From Eledone cirrhosa (taxonomy: Eukaryota), in assembly GCA_964016885.1 (NCBI GenBank), contig OZ024741.1, forward strand, positions 276,086,001 to 276,150,000: a DNA stretch of 64,000 bases, given 5' to 3'. Of this stretch, positions 54,722-64,000 are shown piece after piece (the first letter of the stretch is position 1; every line of letters begins with the position of its first letter). The notes under the pieces were generated by a model. That model saw only the letters and a list, made by a program, of their open reading frames with translations, did not search any database and was not told where the DNA came from. The translations under genes and the position numbers were made by a program.

Positions 54722-55602
54722 CAGGGTGCTGACGATATCTGTTCGCAAGATTACTGTCTAGGAAAAAATAACAGTAGTTTTATTTTTTAAGATATATTTA
54801 TCAAACTTTGGTCAGTTTGTCTTCATGGCTTGTTCTTTCGATCTCACTCGATAAACCCGCCATTGGCTTTGATGACGGCCTCAAGGTGGCCTCGGAACCG
54901 GCTACAGGCCTTCATCACTGTCCCCCAACTTAGGCCCCTAAAGGCACTTGTGATCCTGGCCTTCAGATCGTCTTTCGTATTGCAGCTAGATCTGTTGGTG
55001 TCTCATTCCACTGCACCCCACACAAAGAAGTCGAGGGGGTTGCAGTCAGGCGAGCTGGGAGGCCAGATGTCAGGTGAAGTGTGGTCGATGAAGTTCTCTG
55101 ACAGCCAGGCTTGGGTCTTTCGGCTGGTATGGCAGGGCGCTGAGTCTTGCTGCCACACATACGGCCTACCTGCAGCTACCTGGTCGATCCAGAGCTTTAC
55201 TACCTCGCTCAGAACGCGGATGTAGCCATTGGTGTTCAGCTTGAGGCCCTTAGGGAAGAAGTGAGGTGGTATGACGTCACCTTGACTACTGACGACACCT
55301 AAGACCAATGTTGTCACTGGAAACTTTGTCTGCATGACTCTGGGCACGTCTTTGGATGAGACAGCGAGCCACCTGTTGTTCTGGGAGTTGATCTTCTGGT
55401 CTTATTTGTCCTCCTGGCGCAGATTCCAAGAAGAACTCCGTGTCTCTTCCACAAATTTGGAGGTTCAAAATTATTCATAATCAATTATTCTGAAAATAAA
55501 TAATGGAAATATAGTCACTGTTTTTATGAAGACAAGAGTGACAACGGAAGTAAAAAAAATTTGCATAAAATTAGCAGTTGAACAAATATCGTCCGCACCC
55601 TG
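54722..55602 (-). mobile_element. DD37D (maT-type) transposon, internally deleted, copy 3
   Basis: Same TIRs and TA flanks; ORF 55003-55347 is a transposase catalytic remnant. Inserted in an RTE-tail/SINE sequence. Confidence 0.92.
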
Positions 55603-55989
55603 TACACAACCACCTTACAGAGTGAACTATATGTTTTTTTATCGTGACACATACACGATCTCAATGATATCGCAATTCATTTCTTCAGCTGAGTAAATGA
55701 TGTACACAATGTAAGACTTGGGTACACAAGTGGTGTAGTGGGATAGCAGACAAACTAACAGAAAAGGTAAACTTTGTATGTAGCAGATACACATGGATAG
55801 TCTTGAATGCTGACAAAACAAAATTCATGAATCTCAACAACACTAAATAATCAAATAAACCAGTGATTCCCAAAGTGGGTTTCGCTGAACCCAAGAATTC
55901 CACAAAGGAGTATCTGAGGTTCTCTGAAAAAAGGTAGAGGAGTATATTTATATTATGACCATATAACAGTATTAGATTTTGGGGTTTCC

Positions 55990-56330
55990 CAAAAAACCTA
56001 AAATAAACAAAGAAACAAACACATGTGCTAGACAGTTCAGAGATTGAGGAAGTTGATAACTTCTTGTATCTTGGCAGTTTTATGAACACAGAGTACAATG
56101 TGGACACCAGGATAGGTAAGGCATAGTGGGAGGGTGAGCTCTCAACTCCATATCAAAGGTGTGGGTATCTTTGATCAAGAAAACCATGAAACTAAGGCTA
56201 TTCAAAGTAACGCTTGATTCCGTTCTCTTCTATGGATGTCAGTCATGCACACTGACCAAAGCACTCAAAAAGAGGATTAATGGCACATTCACCCAGACAG
56301 ATGCTGAGAAAAGTCCAGAACATATAACTG
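55990..56330 (+). pseudogene. Old RTE-like LINE fragment of a different family
   Basis: IEEVDNFLYLG and KLRLFKVTLDSVLFYGCQSCTLT. Confidence 0.6.
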
Positions 56331-56754
56331 ACTTTCCCCCTCCCCCAAATAATTACAAGGGTTGATATAATTGACTTTCCCCTATCATCCAAATGAGTTC
56401 AGGGGTCGATATAATTAACTTTCCTTATCCCTATTAAATAAGTTTAGGGGTCAATATGATTCACTTTTCTTATTCCCCAAATAATTACAAGGGTGGATAT
56501 ATGTGAGCCCCCTACAACCCCAAAAAAGAAAAAAAATGTCTGAGTTTGTGCCAACATTAGAAATAATTATCTAATGTCTGTTTCCCCTGCTAGCTGTAAA
56601 AATTTTGTTTAGGTTGGGGTGGGATAATGAACTGCATTGGGAGAAGAAGGACATGGTGGAAGGTCCAAGGGTTAAAGTTAGAACAGGGTTCTAGTGGAGA
56701 GGGTATGGGTGTAGGGGGGTATTAAAGAAGTTAGGTTCAACTCTACCTATGTGA

Positions 56755-56981
56755 TCATTCTTTTGCCCAATGTTCTGTTGCTATGGTAACTAATCGCTTC
56801 ACAAGAGTGACTGATGTTACACGAAGACAGAACTCTGATTCCGAAGTGCCACCCATCTTCACAGATGATGTTCCACGAAATGTCATCAAAGAGTCCAGAG
56901 TCTCTCGTGCAGAACCATGGAATTCTTGTGCTCCAGTAACTTCCAGAATTTTCTCTAGATTGTTCGAATTAATTCCACCAC
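56755..56981 (-). CDS. CUTC: Copper homeostasis protein cutC homolog, last coding exon
   Basis: AG acceptor at 56983-56982, phase 1. Encodes (G)GGINSNNLEKILEVTGAQEFHGSAR..MTFR..VKMG..SEF..VT, matching the CutC C-terminus, and ends in TGA. Confidence 0.93.
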
Positions 56982-57699
56982 CTATGCACAGAAACAAATA
57001 AAATATTTGAATACATATATGATGATGATGATGATATATATATATATATGAGAAAACTCATCGCTTTTGGGAGCAAAAACACAGCATCCACATACTCCCT
57101 CCACAACACCAACTCCCAACACAACACTGTCAGCAGCGATTTGCGTTGGACGAAGCACATATAGAGTTTTATTGACCACTGTAGAAAATGAATGGTTTGG
57201 CCATTTTACTATTTTATTTACTCCAATTTAGAAATAGTATCAGAAGGCGGCAATAGGCTGTTTAATGTCAATTGGATTGGAACAACAAGATCTAGTCACA
57301 ACAGTATGAACACAGAATATTTATTTATCGAAGAACATATATATATGTGAACAAGCAGAATACATTTGAACTTGTTAAGAGTACAAGGGTGTTCGCGGAT
57401 AATACAATGTTACCTCTACTGGTTGTCAAGACATTATTGATGTCTAATATCCAGTTGGTAGATTAAACATAGCACTCTCGGGTTAGCCATATTTCGTGCC
57501 ACGTGTTGCATGTTGAGGACAGCAAATTATTACGCATTTCTGGTCTGAAACTATCTGCTCTACTACTTGCTTTCGGTTTTGGCACAATGCATTACTTATC
57601 CGATAGATAGCTGTATCGAATCGTTGACTGGCTAATATTTAGGTGAGGTGAGTTAGTGCAACAGGGATCAATGCGTGTAAATTGACCTATTAATCTGTT

Positions 57700-58412
57700 C
57701 ACTACACACATCTCTAAATTTGTCAAGTAGGCCAAGTGTGTCTTAGCATCACTCAGCAAGACCTTTGTCAGCTTCTCTCCAGCTATCTATTTAAAGCTGT
57801 ATGTAGTTATGGTGCGGCCACACTTAGAATTTGCATCACCAGTCTGGAACCCCTATCTTGCTCAGAACATTGACCGCCTGGAAACTGTTCAGAGATGTGC
57901 AACCAAGTGAATACCCTCCATCAGGCATCTACCATACTCTGAACGCCTTGCTTCCCTGGGCATGGATACATTGAAGCTCCGACGTCTGGCAAGTGACTTG
58001 GTAAACACCTACAAAATTATTAACCATCTTGCCAACAACAACCCTGAGCACCTTTTTGATTTCCATGTGTCTAACAGACGTGGGCATGCCAACAAAGTCA
58101 GAAAACAACACAGTTCCCATGACTTTCAAAAACATTTTTTCATGCTCAGTGTTGCTGAAGTATGGAACAAACTACCTGCATCAGTTATTAGCTGTCGAGA
58201 CACTGCATCCTTTAAAACCTCCATGCTTCCTGAGATTCGCCAACACTACACCTAATATTCCCCCTCCATAAATACATACACATGTATTTCATGACTCGTA
58301 CACTGTTCATTTTCTTGACATTTGTACCTTATTCTATGTACTATACATGCACCTTTGATGAGTTGTAGTGCACTTGAGCACTGTACACAATAATTTCATT
58401 ATTATTATTATT
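57700..58412 (+). mobile_element. CR1/L2-like LINE 3' fragment in CUTC intron
   Basis: LYVVMVRPHLEFASPVWNP..LETVQR..YSERLASLG..LRRL..DLVNTYKI..WNKLP, with an (att)n tail. Confidence 0.85.
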
Positions 58413-58942
58413 AGAACAGTCATTAAAACAGCCAAATTCTGTCAAAGACAGCAATGAGCAAAAATGCCTCAGAGGATAGAGACCAGTGGTCAACAGAGAG
58501 ACAATCCACAAGGTGGGTTACAGGCAGATGAGATATAGAAAAGATTGTAAGAGGAGGGAGACAAGGAGAAGTGTGTTGGTGCACAGAAGTGACTGGAAGA
58601 AGGAAATAAAGAAAGGTGATGTACAAGACAAGTTTACACACACATCTTCACCTTCAACAGCTCTCAAACTAGCAAAATGGTTTCACACAATTTAATTGAG
58701 AGTTCCATTTTAAAATGCTGGATTTTGCAACAGAAAATTAAATCTTTCTTCTGGTATGATGTGTGTGATAAAACAAACAGCACATATAGAAGGACGAAAG
58801 AAAACAAAGAAATTAACGAGATAGTGGACCTCAAGCTGTGGTGTCTCTCTGATATAGAAAGCTAATCAGAGCTATGATAAAGTTAAATGAAAAACATTGT
58901 TGTCTCTGATCAAGATGAAGCGAGAGAGTATTAGAATACATG

Positions 58943-59527
58943 TTGGTATGGTCACATGATGCGCATGAAAGACGACAGCTGTATAAAAAAGTGCAGGGCA
59001 ATAAAAATAGACGGTAGCCACGGAGTAGGCAGGCCCAGAAAAACCTGGGATGACTTGATAAATTCCGACCTCACACACTTACACCTCTCCAAGACAATGT
59101 CACTGGACCGAGATCTTTGGCGCTACACAGTAATAGAGAAGACCCGCCTTACCTAAGTACAAAGTGAAACCTGCTACAGTCAGTAGGCACCTCTAACAAA
59201 ATACACCCCCATCCCACTACCCCCACCCCATCCACACCACCCCTTTCAATGTAAAGTTATGTTGGTACCACAACATCCAGCCCGAAACAAACGAAGTCGT
59301 GTAGGTGTCACGACAAAAAAACACACAGTCCACGCTGTAATGTGGCCGTGTAGGCAACACGGTAAAAACCTCCCAGAAATGTGGTTGGTGTTAGGAAGGG
59401 CATCCAGCCGTAGAAAACCCGCCAGACAGTCCTATGTGAGCAAGACAACCACTCTTGCCTCAAGTGGGAAAACTCCCGTCCAAACCCATGCAAGCGTGGA
59501 ATATGGACGTTAAACGATGATGATGAT
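58943..59527 (+). mobile_element. RTE family B 3' fragment in CUTC intron
   Basis: WYGHMMRMKDD..GRPRKTW plus the same 3' UTR as 26450-26955. Confidence 0.9.
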
Positions 59528-60266
59528 ATAAATAAGAAAACTCATCGCTAGAACAGCCATTAAAACAGTAAAATGCTGTCAAAAACAGCAATGGGCAAAA
59601 ATGTGGCCAGTGGCCAGTGGCTGACAGAGAGACAATACATGAGGTGGGCTATATCAATCTTTGTCTTTTCCTTGGACAACATCATATATTGTGTATATAC
59701 ATTGCTTTTCTCTTGGTCAACATCAGTGGCATGGAGAGGGGAGGCTGGTAAGTATGAGTAACTGTTGGTCATCCACAAAACACACCTTGCCCGAACTTGT
59801 GCCTTGGAGGGGAACTTTCTAGGTACAAATCCCATGGTCATTTGTGACCAAAAGGGGCCTTTACCCTCCCTACCCATTATTAGACTATATTAACATCAAA
59901 AATATTACAGTGAGACTTCTATTTATATTTCAATTCTAAATATAAATACTTGAAAACGAAGTTTTGTATTGTATTATAATGGATTATAAAACCATGTGTG
60001 TGTATGTGTCTGCATAAGTGTGTACATTTGTGTAGGTATGTGTCTCTGTGTGTGTGTGATTGTGTATCTGCGACTGTGGGTCTGCATAAGTGTGTGCATT
60101 TGTGTATGTATGTGTCTGTGTATGTCTGTGACTGTGTATCTGCATAAGTGAGGGTATGTAAAAAGACTTCTTCCAACTTGCCAATGAAGTGTAAGAAGTA
60201 GTCATGCTTATTCATGTCCTCAGCAGTCACTTCTCACATTTCACTACCATGCAGCATTGCACTTTG

Positions 60267-60410
60267 CACACAGGTGTCATATAGCCATCCTTTCTTTTGT
60301 AAGGAGAAACCTTTTGTTGTCAACAGGGGGAGCTCTCTCTCTCTCTCCCCCTGTTGACAACAAAAGGTTTCTCCTTACAAAAGAAAGCATGGGTATATGA
60401 CACCTGTGTG
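60267..60410. repeat. Near-perfect 144-bp palindrome (~58-bp arms, CT-repeat centre)
   Basis: cacacaggtgtcatata...caacaggggga pairs with tccccctgttg...tatatgacacctgtgtg. Confidence 0.9.
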
Positions 60411-60482
60411 ACACTAGGGAGAGAGAGAGAAACGGAAAGAGAGTAAAAGAGGGGAGATAGAGACAGATAGATAAATACATAC

Positions 60483-60513
60483 CTGGCATAACTGTCAGCT
60501 GAAGCCCAGCAGT
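60483..60513 (-). CDS. CUTC: CUTC 31-bp micro-exon (TAGLQLTVMP-G)
   Basis: tttccAG acceptor and GTatg donor. Phase 0 to phase 1 joins both neighbouring exons in frame and gives the conserved MPGGG motif. Confidence 0.88.
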
Positions 60514-60614
60514 CTGGAAAACAGTGAAAAGTAATTCAATAAATGTCCTCAATTCCAACCATGCTATATAACCACTGTGTTCTAGTTATTGTTGTTTAAC
60601 CGCAGGTAAATTTC

Positions 60615-61195
60615 ATCATCATCATCACCACCACCATCATTATTGTTTAATGTCCATTCTCCACACTAGCATTGGTTAGACAGGTTGTCCCATTTGAGGC
60701 AAGTCGGGTCAGGTGCTCGTGTATTGCTCACACAGAAATGTTTCTGGTTTGGTTTTTACAGCTGGATGCCCTTCCTAACGTCAACCACATTTACAGTGTG
60801 CACTGGGTGCTTTTTATCGTGACACCTACATGACCACTTTATAGCGTATACTGAGTGTTTTCTATCATGACACCTACATGACCACTTTACAGCGTGTACT
60901 GAGTGTTTTTTATCGTGACACCTACATGACCATTTTACAGTGTGGATTGGGTGTTTATTATCGTAACACCTACATAACTACTTTACAGCATGTACTGGGT
61001 GCTTTTTGACATGACAGCTACATAACCACCCTACACTTTGGGCTGGGTGCCTTTTCTCATGACACCTACAAAACCACTTTACAGTGTGTACTGGGTGCTT
61101 TTTGTTGTGATACCTACACAACCACCCTACACAGTGGGCTGGGTGCTTTTTGTCATGACACCTACATGACCACTTTACAGTATGTACTGGGAATG
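60615..61195 (-). mobile_element. RTE-tail SINE-like element with ~8 diverged 48-bp-type units
   Basis: (cat)n tail, gctggatgcccttcctaac, then repeated gtgacacctacatgaccactttacag.gtgtactgggtg. Confidence 0.8.
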
Positions 61196-61464
61196 TTTAT
61201 AATGTAGATCACCAACGCTAAAATGGTAGTCATGTCCTTGACATGACTGAATGTATCTCCAGAAAATAAACCACACCGGCCTGTCCATGTGAATCACTGA
61301 GTTCTCTCCTCATGAACAACAACAACAACAACAACGGCAGCGACGACGACGACAACAACAACAACAGCAACAACAACAACAGAGACATACAGGTTAAAAC
61401 TTTCTGTTCTGCTGATCAAGAAAGTTGTAAGATGACATATTACACAGAATCTTGGAATATTTAC

Positions 61465-61598
61465 CTTGTTAATCATTTCTTTTATAACTGGAGCACCCTG
61501 AAGGGCATCACATGCTTGCCCACTGGTCAACACCCTGCTACAGCCAAGCTGGATTATATCTTCAAGAGCAATCATAACATCTCGGCTCATATCAATAG
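61465..61598 (-). CDS. CUTC: CUTC internal exon (AIDMSRD..LEDIIQLGCSRVLTSGQ..ALQG...KEMINK)
   Basis: cAG acceptor at 61600-61599 and GTaaat donor at 61464; contains the CutC signature RVLTSG. Upstream exons lie beyond the window. Confidence 0.93.
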
Positions 61599-61696
61599 CT
61601 GCTCAGTGAGTAGACAGATAGAAATGTGTAACAGATGTCACTTCTTAGTGAACATTTACAATAGTAATAAGTAAAACTGAAAGCTTTTATAAGAGA

Positions 61697-64000
61697 TGTA
61701 GAGTGATGATAGAGAAATAGGGGCGTGTAGAGTGATGATAGAGAAATAGGGGTGTGTAGAGTGATGATAGAGAAATAGGGGTGTGTAGAGTGATGATAGA
61801 GAAATAGGGGTGTGTAGAGTGGAGGCAGAGAAATAGGGGTGTGTAGAGTGATGATAGAGAAATAGGGGTGTGTAGAGTGATGATAGAGAAATAGGGGTGT
61901 GTAGAGTGATGATAGACAAATAGGGGTGTGTAGAGTGGAGGCAGAGAAATAGGGGTGTGTAGAGTGATGATAGAGAAATAGGGGTGTGTAGAGTGATGAT
62001 AGAGAAATAGGGGTGTGTAGAGTGGAGGCAGAGAAATAGGGGTGTGTAGAGTGATGATAGAGAAATAGGGGTGTGTAGAGTGATGATAGAGAAATAGGGG
62101 TGTGTAGAGTGATGATAGAGAAATAGGGGTGTGTAGAGTGGAGGCAGAGAAATAGGGGTGTGTAGAGTGATGATAGAGAAATAGGGGTGTGTAGAGTGAT
62201 GATAGAGAAATAGGGGTGTGTAGAGTGATGATAGAGAAATAGGGGTGTGTAGAGTGGGGGCAGAGAAATAGGGGTGTGTAGAGTGGGGGCAGAGAAATAG
62301 GGGTGTGTAGAGTGATGATAGAGAAATAGGGGTGTGTAGAGTGATGATAGAGAAATAGGGGTGTGTAGAGTGGGGGCAGAGAAATAGGGGTGTGTAGAGT
62401 GATGATAGAGAAATAGGGGTGTGTAGAGTGATGATAGAGAAATAGGGGTGTGTAGAGTGATGATAGAGAAATAGGGGTGTGTAGAGTGATGATAGAGAAA
62501 TAGGGGTGTGTAGAGTGATGATAGAGAAATAGGGGTGTGTAGAGTGATGATAGAGAAATAGGGGTGTGTAGAGTGATGATAGAGAAATAGGGGTGTGTAG
62601 AGTGATGATAGAGAAATAGGGGTGTGTAGAGTGATGATAGAGAAATAGGGGTGTGTAGAGTGATGATAGAGAAATAGGGGTGTGTAGAGTGGGGGCAGAG
62701 AAATAGGGGTGTGTAGAGTGGGGGCAGAGAAATAGGGGTGTGTAGAGTGATGATAGAGAAATAGGGGTGTGTAGAGTGATGATAGAGAAATAGGGGTGTG
62801 TAGAGTGGGGGCAGAGAAATAGGGGTGTGTAGAGTGATGATAGAGAAATAGGGGTGTGTAGAGTGATGATAGAGAAATAGGGGTGTGTAGAGTGGGGGCA
62901 GAGAAATAGGGGTGTGTAGAGTGATGATAGAGAAATAGGGGTGTGTAGAGTGATGATAGAGAAATAGGGGTGTGTAGAGTGATGATAGAGAAATAGGGGT
63001 GTGTAGAGTGATGATAGAGAAATAGGGGTGTGTAGAGTGGGGGCAGAGAAATAGGGGTGTGTAGAGTGGGGGCAGAGAAATAGGGGTGTGTAGAGTGATG
63101 ATAGAGAAATAGGGGTGTGTAGAGTGATGATAGAGAAATAGGGGTGTGTAGTGGGGGCAGAGAAATAGGGGTGTGTAGAGTGATGATAGAGAAATAGGGG
63201 TGTGTAGAGTGATGATAGAGAAATAGGGGTGTGTAGAGTGATGATAGAGAAATAGGGGTGTGTAGAGTGATGATAGAGAAATAGGGGTGTGTAGAGTGAT
63301 GATAGAGAAATAGGGGTGTGTAGAGTGATGATAGAGAAATAGGGGTGTGTAGAGTGATGATAGAGAAATAGGGGTGTATAGAGTGGGGGCAGAGAAATAG
63401 GGGTGTGTAGAGTGATGATAGAGAAATAGGGGTGTGTAGAGTGATGATAGAGAAATAGGGGTGTGTAGAGTGATGATAGAGAAATAGGGGTGTGTAGAGT
63501 GGGGGCAGAGAAATAGGGGTGTGTAGAGTGATGATAGAGAAATAGGGGTATGTAGAGTGATGATAGAGAAATAGGGGTGTGTAGAGTGATGATAGAGAAA
63601 TAGGGGTGTGTAGAGTGATGATAGAGAAATAGGGGTGTGTAGAGTGATGATAGAGAAATAGGGGTGTGTAGAGTGGGGGCAGAGAAATAGGGGTGTGTAG
63701 AGTGGGGGCAGAGAAATAGGGGTGTGTAGAGTGATGATAGAGAAATAGGGGTGTGTAGAGTGGGGGCAGAGAAATAGGGGTGCGTAGAGTGATGATAGAG
63801 AAATAGGGGTGTGTAGAGTGATGATAGAGAAATAGGGGTGTGTAGAGTGATGATAGAGAAATAGGGGTGTGTAGAGTGATGATAGAGAAATAGGGGTGTG
63901 TAGAGTGATGATAGAGAAATAGGGGTGTGTAGAGTGGGGGCAGAGAAATAGGGGTGTGTAGAGTGATGATAGAGAAATAGGGGTGTGTAGAGTGATGATA
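61697..64000. repeat. 29-bp G-rich minisatellite (gtagagtgatgatagagaaataggggtgt), ~79 copies, runs off the window end, intronic to CUTC
   Basis: Seen directly; variants tgatgat/tggaggc/tgggggc. Confidence 0.99.

Noticed and set aside
58355-58385. TGATGA as another hammerhead core
   Set aside because: No C3, stem II or GAAA; it is part of the CR1/L2-like 3' UTR.

Overview
This is a repeat-dominated eukaryotic animal genomic window. Its SINE/LINE landscape and (TA)n/(TG)n/(GAT)n microsatellites resemble octopus DNA; that assignment is an inference, not a search result. The only host gene I recognise is the 3' part of CUTC (copper homeostasis protein cutC), as three spliced minus-strand exons at 56.8-61.6 kb. 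The rest is mobile or repetitive DNA: a lightly disabled Helitron with 23-aa STPR-like repeats, a Penelope-like element (RT + GIY-YIG) with inverted terminal copies, and two RTE-clade LINE families carrying a C4HC3 PHD-type finger inside the RT region. It also holds three internally deleted DD37D (maT) Tc1/mariner copies, piggyBac-, hAT- and Tc1-type MITEs, tRNA-derived SINEs, CR1/L2-like fragments and several tandem arrays (48 bp x ~179, 29 bp x ~79, 60, 68, 25 and 18 bp). The most interesting signals are two apparently intact minimal hammerhead ribozymes (38693-38737 +, 28451-28493 -) with several degenerate relatives in fold-back or pLTR-like elements. Also notable are the PHD finger inserted in the LINE RT, a candidate pseudoknotted RNA at the RTE 5' end, an 8.6-kb satellite amplified from a LINE/SINE UTR subrepeat, and a minisatellite made of perfect CRE palindromes. 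All calls were made by eye; no searches or folding programs were run.
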